DNA from: Eledone cirrhosa | Lineage: Eukaryota | Length of the DNA: 64,000 bases | Assembly: GCA_964016885.1 (NCBI GenBank) | Contig: OZ024743.1 | Coordinates: 140,802,001 to 140,866,000 of the forward strand | Direction of reading: 5' to 3' | Shown here: in pieces, positions 48,930 to 60,300 of the stretch | Layout of the letters: each line of letters opens with the position of its first letter | Position numbering within the stretch: position 1 is the stretch's first letter | Made by a program: the position numbers and the translations under genes | Notes under the pieces: generated by a model | Seen by the model: only the letters and a program-made list of their open reading frames with translations | What the model was told of the DNA's origin: nothing | The model's database searches: none

Positions 48930-51900
48930 ATTGGTGTTTATTGTTTGGTGCTTGGTGCTTGGTGCTTGGTGCTTGGTCTTTGATGCTTGGTGTTTGGTGT
49001 TTGGTGCTTGGTGCTTGGTGCTTGGTGATTAGTGTTTGGTGCTTGGTGCTTGGTGTTTTGTGCTTGGTGTTTGGTGCTTGGTGCTTGGTGTTTGGTGTTT
49101 GGTGCTTGGTGCTTGGTGCTTGGGGCTTGGTGTTTGGTGCTTAGTGTTTGGTGCTTGGTGTTTGGTGCTTGGCGCTTGGTGCTTGGTGTTTGGTGTATGG
49201 TGTTTGGTGCTTGGTGTTTGGTGCTTGGTGCTTGGTGCTGGGTGGTTGGTGTTTGGTGTTTGGTGCTTGGTGATTGGTGCTTATTGTTTGGTGCTTGGTG
49301 CGTGGTGCTTGGTGCTTGGTCTTTGGTGCTTGGTGTTTGGTGTTTGGTGCTTGGTGCTTGGTGCTTGGTGATTAGTGTTTGGTGCTTGGTGCTTGGTGCC
49401 TGGTGCTTGGTGCTTGGTGCTTGTTGTTTGGTGCTTGGTGCTTGGTGATTAGTGTTTGGTGCTTGGTGCTTGGGGTTTGGTGTTTGGTGCTTGGTGTTTG
49501 GTGTTTGGTGCTTGGTGCTTGGTGTTTGGTGCTTGGTGCTTGGTGTTTGGTGCTTGGTGCTTTGTGTTTGGTGCTTGGTGTTTGGTGCTTGGTGCTTGGT
49601 GATTGGTGTTTGATGTTAGGTTCTTGGTGCTTGGTGTTTGGTGTTTGGTGCTTGGTGCTTGGTGTTTGGTGTTTGGTGCTTGCTGCTTGGTGTTTGGTGT
49701 TTGGTGTTTGGTGTTTGGTGAATGGTGCTTTGTGTTTGGTGCTTGGTGCTTGGTGCTTGGTTCTTGGTGTTAGGCGTTTGGTGCTTGGTGCTTGGTGTTT
49801 GATGTTTGGTCCTTGGTGCTTGGTGTTTGGTATTTGGAGCTTGGTGCTTGGTGTTTGGTGTTTGGTGCTTGCTGCTTGCTGCTTGGTGTTTGGTGCTAGG
49901 GACTTGGTGCTTGGTGCTTGGTGTTTGGTGCTTGGTGTTTGGTGTTTGGTGCTTGGTGCGTGGGACTTGGTGTTTGGTGCTTGGTGTTTGGTGCTTGGTG
50001 TTTGGTGCTTGGTGCCTGGTGCTTGGTGTTTGGTGTTTGGTGCTTGGTGTTTGGTGCTTGGTGTTTGGTACTTGGTGTTCGGTGCTTGGTGCTTGGTGCT
50101 TGGTGCTTGGTATTTGGTGTTTGGTGCTTGGTGCTTGGTGTTTGATGTTTGGTCCTTAGTGTTTGGTGTTTGGTGTTGTGTGCTTGGTGCTTGGTGCTTG
50201 GTGTTTGGTGCTTGGTGCTTGGTGCTTGGTGTTTGGCGTTTGCTGTTTGCTGTTTGGTGTTTGGTGTTTGCTGTTTGGTGTTTGCTGTTTGGTGTTTGGT
50301 GTTTGGTGCTTGGTGCTTGGTGTTTGGTGCTTGGTGCTTGGTGCTTGGTGTTTGGTCCTTGGTGCTTGGTGCTTGGTCTTTGGTGCTTGGGTTTTGGTGT
50401 TTGGTGCTTGGTGCTTGGTGTTTGGTGCTTGGTGCTTGGTGCTTGGTGCTTGGTGTTTGGTGCTTGCTGCTTGGTGCTTGGTGTTTGGTGCTTGGTGCTT
50501 GGTGAGTAGTGTTTGGTGATTGGTGCCTGGGGTTTGGTGTTTGGGGCTTGGTGTTTGGTGCTTAGTGCTTGCTGTTTGGTGTTTGGTGTTTGGTTCTTGG
50601 TGCTTGGTGTTTGGTGTTTGGTGTTTGGTGCTTGGTGCTTGGTGCTTGGTGTTTGGTGCTTGGTGCTTGGTGCTTGGTGTTTGGTGCTGCGTGCTTGGTG
50701 TTTGGTGTTTGGTGCTTGGTGCCTGGTGCTTGTTGTTTGGTGTTTGGTGCTTAGTGCATGGTGTTTGGTGTTTGGTGCTTGGTGCTTGGAGGCTGGTGCT
50801 TGGTGCTTGGTGTTTGGAGTTTGGTGCTTGGTGATTGGTGCCTGGTGTTTCGTGCTTGGTGCTTGGTGCTTGGTGTTTGGTGTTTGGTGCTTGGTGTTTG
50901 GTGTTTGGAACTTGGTGCTTGGTGCTTGGTGCTTGGTGTTTGGTGCTTGGTGTTTGATGCTGCGTGCTTGGTGTTTGGTGTTTGGTTCTTGGTGCTTGGT
51001 GTTTGGTGTTTGGAGCTTGGTGCCTGCTGCTTGTTGTTTGTTGTTTGGTGCTTGATGTTTGGTGTTTGTTGCTTGGTGCTTGGTGCTTGGTGTTTGGTGT
51101 TTGGTGCTTGGTGCTTGGTGTTTGGAGCTTGGTGTTTGGTGTTTGGTGTTTGATGCTTGGTGTTTGCTGCTTGGTGCTTGGTGCTTGGTGTTTTGTGTTT
51201 GGTGCTTGGTGCTTGGTGCCTGGTGCTTGGTGCTTGGTGCTTGTTGTTTGGTGCTTGGTGCTTGGTGATTAGTGCTTGGTGCTTGGTGTTTGGTGTTTGG
51301 TGTTTTGTGCTTGGTGCTTGGTGTTTGGTGCTTGGTGCTTGGTGCTGGGTGTTTGGTGCTTGGTGCTTGGTGTTTGGTGCTTGGTGCTTGGTGCTTGGTG
51401 TTTGGTCCTTGGTGCTTGGTGCTTATTGTTTGCTGCTTGGTGCTTGGTGCTTGGTGCTTGGTCTTTGATGCTTGGTGTTTGGTGTTTGGTGCTTGGTGCT
51501 TGGTGCTTGGTGATTAGTGTTTGGTGCTTGGTGCTTGGTGTTTTGTGCTTGGTGTTTGGTGCTTGGTGCTTGGTGTTTGGTGTTTGGTGCTTGGTGCTTG
51601 GGGCTTGGTGTTTGGTGCTTAGTGTTTGGTGCTTGGTGTTTGGTGCTAGGCGCTTGGTGCTTGGTGTTTGGTGTATGGTGTTTGGTGCTTGGTGTTTGGT
51701 GCTTGGTGCTTGGTGCTGGGTGGTTGGTGTATGGTGTTTGGTGCTTGGTGATTGGTGCTTATTGTTTGGTGCTTGGTGCTTGGTGCTTGGTGCTTGGTCT
51801 TTGGTGCTTGGTGTTTGGTGTTTGGTGCTTGGTGCTTGGTGCTTGGTGATTAGTGTTTGGTGCTTGGTGCTTGGTGCCTGGTGCTTGGTGCTTGGTGCTT

Positions 51901-52075
51901 GTTGTTTGGTGCTTGGTGCTTGGTGATTAGTGTTTGGTGCTTGGTGCTTGGGGTTTGGTGTTTGGTGCTTGGTGTTTGGTGTTTGGTGCTTGGTGCTTGG
52001 TGTTTGGTGCTTGGTGCTTGGTGTTTGGTGCTTGGTGCTTTGTGTTTGGTGCTTGGTGTTTGGTGCTTGGTGCTT
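48930..52075 (+). repeat. Segmental repeat, offset about 2478-2485 bp (48.9-49.6 kb vs 51.4-52.07 kb)
   Basis: ORF pairs 49379/51857 (2478 = 354 units) and 49032/51517 (2485); both segments share rare TTATTGT units. Ends approximate. Confidence 0.75.
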
Positions 52076-54229
52076 GGTGCTTGGTGCTTGGTGTTTGGTG
52101 TTTGGTGCTTGGTGCTTGGTGTTTGGTGCTTGGTGTTTGGTGCTTTTTGCTTGGTGCTTGGTGCTTGGTGTTTGGTGCTTGGTGCTTGGTGTTTGGTGTT
52201 TGGTGCTGGGTGCTTGGTGTTTGGTGTTTGGTGTTATATGCTTGGTGTTTGATGCTTGGTGCTTGGTGCTTGGTGTTTGGTGTTTGGTGCTTGGTGTTTG
52301 ATGCTTGGTGCTTGGTGCTTGGTGTTTGGTGCTTGGTGCTTGGTGTTTGGTGCTTGGTGCTTGGTGTTTGGTGCTTGGTGTTTGGTGCTTGGTGTTTGGT
52401 GCTTGGTCCTTGGTGGTTGGTGCTTGGTGTTTGGTGGTTGGTGCTTGGTGCTTGGTGTTAGGTGTTTGGTGCTTGGTGCTTGGTGTTTGGTGTTTGGTGC
52501 TTGGTGTTTGGTGTTTGGTGCTTGGTGTTTGGTGCTTGGTACTTGGTGCTTGGTGCTTGGTGTTAGGTGTTTGGTGCTTGGTGTTTGGTGTCTGGTTTTT
52601 GGTGCTTGGTGCTTGGTGTTTGGTGCTTGCTGCTGGCTGCTTGGTGTTTGGTGCTTGGTGATTGGTGCCTGGTGTTTGGTGCTTGGTGTTTGGTGTTTGG
52701 TGCTAGGTGCTTGGTGTTTGGTGCTTGGTGCTTGGTGTTTGTACTTGGTGCTTGGTGCTTGGTTCTTGGTGTTTGGTGCTTGGTGCTTGGTGTTTAGTGC
52801 TTGGTGCTTGGTGTTTGGTGCTTGGTGTTTGGTGCTTGGTGTTTGGTGTTTGGTGCTTGGTGCTTGGTGTTTGGTGCTTGGTGTTTGGTGCTTGGTGTTA
52901 GGTGTTTGGTGCTTGGTGCTTGGTGTTTGGTGCTTGGTATTTGATGCTTGGTGCTTTGTGCTTGGTGTTTGGTGCTTGGTGCTTGGTGTTTGTACTTGGT
53001 GCTTGGTGCTTGGTTCTTGGTGTTTGGTGCTTGGTGCTTGGTGTTTGGTGTTTGGTGCTTGGTGTTTGGTGCTTGGTGTTTGGTGCTTGGTGCTTGGTGT
53101 TTGGTGCTTGGTGCTTGGTGTTTAGTGCCTGGTGCTTGGTGTCTGGTGTTTGGTGTTTGGTGCTTGGTGCTTGGTGTTTGGTGTTTGCTGTTTGCTGTTT
53201 GGTGTTTGGTGTTTGGTGTTTGTTGTTTGCTGTTTGCTGTTTGGTGTTTGGTGTTTGCTTTTTGGTGTTTGGTGTTTGCTGTATGTTGTTTGCTGTTTGG
53301 TGTTTGGTGTTTGGTGTTTGGTGCTTGTTGCTTGGTGTTTGGTGCTTGGTGCTTGGTGTTTGGTTCCTGGTGCTTGGTGCTTGGTGCTTGGTGTTTGGTG
53401 TTTGGTGCTTGGTGCTTGGAGTTTTGTGTTTGGTGCTTGGTGCTTGGTGTTTTGTGTTTCGTGTTTGGTTTTTGGTGCTTGGTGCTTGGTGCTTGGTACT
53501 TGGTGTTTGGTGCTGGGTGCTTTGTGTTTGGTGCTTGGTGCTTGGTGCTTGGTGTTTGGTGTTTGGTGTTTGATGCTTGGTGTTTGGTGCTTGGTGTTTT
53601 GTGTTTGGTGCTTGGTGTTTGGTGCTTGGTGTTTGTACTTGGTGCTTGGTGCTTGGTGTTTGGTTCTTGGTTCTTGGTGTTTGGTGTTTGGCGATTGGTG
53701 TTTGGTGCTTGGTGCTTCGTGTTTGGTCTTTGGTGCTTGGTGTTTGGTGCTTGGTGCTTGGTGTTTGGTGTTTGGTGCTTGGTGCTTGGTGTTTGGTGTT
53801 ATATGCTTGGTGTTTGATGCTTGGTGCTTGGTGCTTGGTGTTTGGTGTTTGGTGTTTGTACTTGGTGCTTGTTGCTTGGTGCTTGGTGTTTGGTGCTTGG
53901 TGTTTGGTGCTTGGTGCTTGGTGCTTCGTGCTTGGTGCTTGGTGTTTGGTGGTTGGTGTTTGGTGCTTGGTGTTAGGTGTTTGGTGCTTGGTGCTTGGTG
54001 TTTGGTGTTTGGTGCTTGGTGTTTGGTGTTTGGTGCTTGGTGTTTGGTGCTTGGTACTTGGTGCTTGGTGCTTGGTGTTAGGTGTTTGGTGCTTGGTGTT
54101 TGGTGCTTGGTGTTTGGTGCTTCGTGCTTGGTGCTTGGTGCTTGGTGTTTGGTGGTTGGTGTTTGGTGCTTGGTGTTAGGTGTTTGGTGCTTGGTGCTTG
54201 GTGTTTGGTGTTTGGTGCTTGGTGTTTGG

Positions 54230-56079
54230 TGTTTGGTGCTTGGTGTTTGGTGCTTTTTGCTTGGTGCTTGGTGTTTGGTGTTTGGTGCTTGGTGTTTGGT
54301 GTTTGGAGCTTGGTGTTTGGTGCTTTTTGCTTGGTGCTTGGTGCTTGGTGTTTGGTGCTTGGTGCTTGGTGTTTGGTGCTGGGTGCTTGGTGTTTGGTGT
54401 TTGGTGTTATATGCTTGGTGTTTGATGCTTGGTGCTTGGTGCTTGGTGTTTGGTGTTTGGTGCTTGGTGTTTGATGCTTGGTGCTTGGTGCTTGGTGTTT
54501 GGTGCTTGGTGCTTGGTGTTTGGTGCTTGGTGCTTGGTGTTTGGTGCTAGGTGTTTGGTGCTTGGTGTTTGGTGCTTGGTGCTTGGTGCTTGGTGCTTGG
54601 TGTTTGGTGGTTGGTGCTTGGTGCTTGGTGTTTGGTGTTTGGTGCTTGGTGTTTGGTGCTTGGTACTTGGTGCTTGGTGCTTGGTGTTAGGTGTTTGGTG
54701 CTTGGTGTTTGGTGTCTGGTTTTTGGTGCTTGGTGCTTGGTGTTTGGTGCTTGCTGCTGGCTGCTTGGTGTTTGGTGCTTGGTGATTGGTGCCTGGTGTT
54801 TGGTGCTTGGTGTTTGGTGTTTGGTGCTAGGTGCTTGGTGTTTGGTGCTTGGTGCTTGGTGTTTGTACTTGGTGCTTGGTGCTTGGTTCTTGGTGTTTGG
54901 TGCTTGGTGCTTGGTGTTTGGTGCTTGGTGCTTGGTGTTTGGTGCTTGGTGTTTGGTGCTTGGTGTTTGGTGCTTGGTGCTTGGTGCTTGGTGTTTGGTG
55001 CTTGGTGTTTGGTGCTTGGTGTTAGGTGTTTGGTGCTTGGTGCTTGGTGTTTGGTGTTTGGTTCTTGGTGTTTGGTGTTTGGTGTTATATGCTTGGTGTT
55101 TGATGCTTGGTGCTTGGTGCTTAGTGTTTGGTGCTTGGTGTTTGATGCTTGGTGCTTGGTGCTTGGTGTTTGGTGCTTGGTGCTTGGTGTTTGTACTTGG
55201 TGCTTGGTGCTTGGTTCTTGGTGTTTGGTGCTTGGTGCTTGGTGTTTGGTGTTTGGTGCTTGGTGTTTGGTGCTTGGTGTTTGGTGCTTTTTGCTTGGTG
55301 CTTGGTGTTTGGTGTTTGGTGCTTGGTGTTTGGTGTTTGGAGCTTGGTGTTTGGTGCTTTTTGCTTGGTGCTTGGTGCTTGGTGTTTGGTGCTTGGTGCT
55401 TGGTGTTTGGTGCTGGGTGCTTGGTGTTTGGTGTTTGGTGTTATATGCTTGGTGTTTGATGCTTGGTGCTTGGTGCTTGGTGTTTGGTGTTTGGTGCTTG
55501 GTGTTTGATGCTTGGTGCTTGGGGCTTGGTGTTTGGTGCTTGGTGCTTGGTGTTTGGTGCTTGGTGCTTGGTGTTTGGTGCTAGGTGTTTGGTGCTTGGT
55601 GTTTGGTGCTTGGTGCTTGGTGCTTGGTGCTTGGTGTTTGGTGGTTGGTGCTTGGTGCTTGGTGTTTGGTGTTTGGTGCTTGGTGTTTGGTGCTTGGTAC
55701 TTGGTGCTTGGTGCTTGGTGTTAGGTGTTTGGTGCTTGGTGTTTGGTGTCTGGTTTTTGGTGCTTGGTGCTTGGTGTTTGGTGCTTGCTGCTGGCTGCTT
55801 GGTGTTTGGTGCTTGGTGATTGGTGCCTGGTGTTTGGTGCTTGGTGTTTGGTGTTTGGTGCTAGGTGCTTGGTGTTTGGTGCTTGGTGCTTGGTGTTTGT
55901 ACTTGGTGCTTGGTGCTTGGTTCTTGGTGTTTGGTGCTTGGTGCTTGGTGTTTGGTGCTTGGTGCTTGGTGTTTGGTGCTTGGTGTTTGGTGCTTGGTGT
56001 TTGGTGCTTGGTGCTTGGTGCTTGGTGTTTGGTGCTTGGTGTTTGGTGCTTGGTGTTAGGTGTTTGGTGCTTGGTGCTT
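54230..56079 (+). repeat. Sub-array B duplication, offset 1034 bp (148 units including two 6-mers)
   Basis: TTTTTGC 54254/55288; TTGTAC 54863/55897; ORF pairs 54429/55463 and 54831/55865. Confidence 0.88.
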
Positions 56080-57369
56080 GGTGTTTGTACTTGGTGCTTG
56101 GTGCTTGGTTCTTGGTGTTTGGTGCTTGGTGCTTGGTGTTTGGTGTTTGGTGCTTGGTGTTTGGTGCTTGGTGTTTGGTGCTTGGTGCTTGGTGTTTGGT
56201 GCTTGGTGCTGGGTGGTTGGTGTTTAGTGCTTGGTGTTTGGTGCTTGGTGCTTGGTGTTTGGTGCTTGGTGTTTGGTGTTTGGTGCTTGGTGCTTGGTGT
56301 TTGGTGCTTGGTGTTTAGTGTTTGGTGCTTGGTGCTTAGTGTTTGGTGCTAGGTGCTTGGTGTTTGGTGCTTGGTGCTTGGTGTTTGGTGCCTGGTGCTG
56401 GGTGTTTGGTGTTTGGTGTTTGGTGCTTGGTGCTTGGTGTTTGGTGTTTGCTGTTTGCTGTTTGGTGTTTGGTGTTTGGTGTTTGTTGTTTGGTGTTAGC
56501 TGTTTGGTGTTTGGTGTTTGCTTTTTGGTGTTTGGTGTTTGCTGTATGTTGTTTGCTGTTTGGTGTTTGGTGTTTGGTGTTTGGTGCTTGTTGCTTGGTG
56601 TTTGGTGCTTGGTGCTTGGTGTTTGGTTCCTGGTGCTTGGTGCTTGGTGCTTGGTGTTTGGTGTTTGGTGCTTGGTGCTTGGAGTTTTGTGTTTGGTGCT
56701 TGGTGCTTGGTGTTTTGTGTTTCGTGTTTGGTTTTTGGTGCTTGGTGCTTGGTGCTTGGTCCTTGGTGTTTGGTGCTGGGTGCTTTGTGTTTGGTGCTTG
56801 GTGCTTGGTGTTTGGTGTTTGCTGCTTGGTGTTTGATGCTTGGTGCTTGGTGTTTTGTGTTTGGTGCTTGGTGTTTGGTGCTTGGTGCTTGGTGTTTGTA
56901 CTTGGTGCTTGGTGCTTGGTGTTTGGTTCTTGGTTCTTGGTGTCTGGTGTTTGGCGATTGGTGTTTGGTGCTTGGTGCTTGGTGTTTGGTGCCTGGTGCT
57001 TGGTGCTTGGTGCTTGGTGTTTCGTGTTTGGTGCTTGGTGCTTGGAGTTTGGTGTTTGGTGCTTGGTGCTTGGTGTTTTGTGTTTGGTGCTTGGTGTTTG
57101 ATGCTTGGTGCTTGGTGCTTGGTGTTTTGTGTTTGGTGCTTGGTTCTTGGTGTTTGGTGCTTGGTGCTTGGTGCTTGGTGTTTGTACTTGGTGCTTGGTG
57201 CTTGGTGTTTGGTTCTTGGTTCTTGGTGTTTGGTACTTGGTGCTTGGTGCTTGGTGCTTGATGTTTGGTGTTTGGTGGTTGGTGTTTGGTGCTTGGTGCT
57301 TGGTGCTTGGTGTTAAGTGTTTGGTGCTTGGTCCTTGGTGTTTGGTGCTTGGTGTTTGGTGTTTGGTGT

Positions 57370-60300
57370 TTGTACTTGGTGCCTGGTGCTTGGTGCTTGG
57401 TGTTTGGTGCTTGGTGTTTGGTGCTTGGTGCTTGGTGCTTGGTGCTTGGTGCTTGGTGTTTGGTGGTTGGTGTTTGGTGCTTGGTGTTAGGTGTTTGGTG
57501 CTTGGTGCTTGGTGTTTGGTGTTTGGTGCTTGGTGTTTGGTGTTTGGTGCTTGGTGTTTGGTGCTTGGTACTTGGTGCTTGGTGCTTGGTGTTAGGTGTT
57601 TGGTGCTTGGTGTTTGGTGCTTGGTGTTTGGTGCTTGGTGCTTGGTGCTTGGTGCTTGGTGTTTGGTGGTTGGTGTTTAGTGCTTGGTGTTAGTTGTTTG
57701 GTGCTTGGTGCTTGGTGTTTGGTGTTTGGTGCTTGGTGTTTGGTGTTTGGTGCTTGGTGTTTGGTGCTTCTTGCTTGGTGCTTGGTGCTTGGTGTTTGGT
57801 GCTTGGTGCTTGGTGTTTGGTGCTGGGTGCTTGGTGTTTGGTGTTTGGTGTTATATGCTTGGTGTTTGATGCTTGGTGCTTGGTGCTTGGTGTTTGGTGT
57901 TTGGTGCTTGGTGTTTGATGCTTGGTGCTTGGTGCTTGGTGTTTGGTGCTTGGTGCTTGGTGTTTGGTGCTTGGTGCTTGGTGTTTGGTGCTTGGCGTTT
58001 GGTGCTTGATGTTTGGTGCTTGGTGCTTGGTGCTTGGTGCTTGGTGTTTGGTGGTTGGTGCTTGGTGCTTGGTGTTAGGTGTTTGGTGCTTGGTGCTTGG
58101 TGTTTGGTGTTTGGTGCTTGGTGTTTGGTGTTTGGTGCTTGCTGCTGGCTGCTTGGTGTTTGGTGCTTGGTGATTGGTGCTTGGTGTTTGGTGCTTGGTG
58201 TTTGGTGTTTGGTGCTAGGTGCTTGGTGTTTGGTGCTTGGTGCTTGGTGTTTGTACTTGGTGCTTGGTGCTTGGTTCTTGGTGTTTGGTGCTTGGTGCTT
58301 GGTGTTTGGTGCTTGGTGCTTGGTGTTTGGTGCTTGGTGTTTGGTGCTTGGTGTTTGGTGCTTGGTTCTTGGTGCTTGGTGTTTGGTGCTTGGTGTTTGG
58401 TGCTTGGTGTTAGGTGTTTGGTGCTTGGTGTTTGGTGCTTGGTACTTGGTGCTTGGTGCTTTGTGTTAGGTGTTTGGTGCTTGGTGTTTGGTGTCTGGTT
58501 TTTGGTGCTTGGTGCTTGGTGTTTGGTGCTTGCTGCTGGCTGCTTGGTGTTTGGTGCTTGGTGATTGGTGCTTGGTGTTTGGTGCTTGGTGTTTGGTGTT
58601 TGGTGCTAGATGCTTGGTGTTTGGTGCTTGGTGCTTGGTGTTTGTACTTGGTGCTTGGTGCTTGGTTCTTGGTGTTTGGTGCTTGGTGCTTGGTGTTTGG
58701 TGCTTGGTGCTTGGTGTTTGGTGCTTGGTGTTTGGTGCTTGGTGCTTGGTGCTTGGTGTTTGTACTTGGTGCTTGGTGCTTGGTGTTTGGTTCTTGGTTC
58801 TTGGTGTTTGGTACTTGGTGCTTGGTGCTTGGTGCTTGATGTTTGGTGTTTGGTGGTTGGTGTTTGGTGCTTGGTGCTTGGTGCTTCGTGTTAGGTGTTT
58901 GGTGCTTGGTCCTTGGTGTTTGGTGCTTGGTATTTGGTGTTTGCTGTCTGCTTTTTGGTGTTTAGTGTTTGCTGTATGGTGTTTGGTGTTTGCTGTTTGG
59001 TGTTTGGTCTTTGGTGCTTGGTGTTTGGTGCTTGGTGCTTGGTGTTTGGTGTTTGGTGCTTGGTGCTTGGTGTTTGGTGTTATATGCTTGGTGTTTGATG
59101 CTTGGTGCTTGGTGCTTGGTGTTTGGTGTTTGGTGTTTGTACTTGGTGCTTGGTGCTTGGTGCTTGGTGTTTGGTGCTTGGTGTTTGGTGCTTGGTGCTT
59201 GGTGCTTGGTGCTTGGTGCTTGGTGTTTGGTGGTTGGTGTTTGGTGCTTGGTGTTAGGTGTTTGGTGCTTGGTGCTTGGTGTTTGGTGTTTGGTGCTTGG
59301 TGTTTGGTGTTTGGTGCTTGGTGTTTGGTGCTTGGTACTTGGTGCTTGGTGCTTGGTGTTAGGTGTTTGGTGCTTGGTGTTTGGTGCTTGGTGTTTGGTG
59401 CTTGGTGCTTGGTGCTTGGTGCTTGGTGTTTGGTGGTTGGTGTTTGGTGCTTGGTGTTAGGTGTTTGGTGCTTGGTGCTTGGTGTTTGGTGTTTGGTGCT
59501 TGGTGTTTGGTGTTTGGTGCTTGGTGTTTGGTGCTTTTTGCTTGGTGCTTGGTGCTTGGTGTTTGGTGCTTGGTTCTTGGTGTTTGGTGCTGGGTGCTTG
59601 GTGTTTGGTGTTTGGTGTTATATGCTTGGTGTTTGATGCTTGGTGCTTGGTGCTTGGTGTTTGGTGTTTGGTGCTTGGTGTTTGATGCTTGGTGCTTGGT
59701 GCTTGTTGTTTGGTGCTTGGTGCTTGGTGTTTGGTGCTTGGTGCTTGGTGTTTGGTGTTTGGTGCTTGGTGTTTGGTGCTTGGTGCTTGGTGCTTGGTGC
59801 TTGGTGGTTGGTGCTTGGTGCTTGGTGTTAGGTGTTTGGTCCTTGGTGCTTGGTGTTTGGTGTTTGGTGCTTGGTGTTAGGTGTTTGGTGCTTGGTGTTT
59901 GGTGTCTGGTTTTTGGTGCTTGGTGCTTGGTGTTTGGTGCTTGCTGCTGGCTGCTTGGTGTTTGGTGCCTGGTGATTGGTGCTTGGTGTTTGGTGCTTGG
60001 TGTTTTGTGTTTGGTGCTTGGTATTTGGTGCTTGGTGCTTGGTGTTTGTACTTGGTGCTTGGTGCTTGGTGTTTGGTTCTTGGTTCTTGGTGTTTGGTGT
60101 TTGGCGATTGGTGTTTGGTGCTTGGTGCTTGGTGTTTGGTGCCTGGTGCTTGGTGCTTGGTGCTTGGTGTTTCGTGTTTGGTGCTTGGTGCTTGGAGTTT
60201 GGTGTTTGGTGCTTGGTGCTTGGTGTTTTGTGTTTGGTGCTTGGTGTTTGATGCTTGGTGCTTGGTGCTTGGTGTTTTGTGTTTGGTGCTTGGTTCTTGG

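Larger units (their letters stand above)
1..52140 (+). repeat. Sub-array A: variant set TTGGTGA-TTAGTGT, TGCGTGC, TTGGGGT, TAGGTTC, TAGGGGC, TTGCGGT, 6-mer TTCTGC
   Basis: The doublet TTGGTGA-TTAGTGT (GATTAGT) recurs from about 104 to its last copy at about 51925. These diagnostic variants were not seen by eye downstream of about 52 kb. Right boundary approximate (51.95-52.14 kb). Confidence 0.88.

Noticed and set aside
52235-52241. TATA-like promoter element in TATATGC
   Set aside because: It is an amplified variant monomer with no downstream gene or other promoter evidence.
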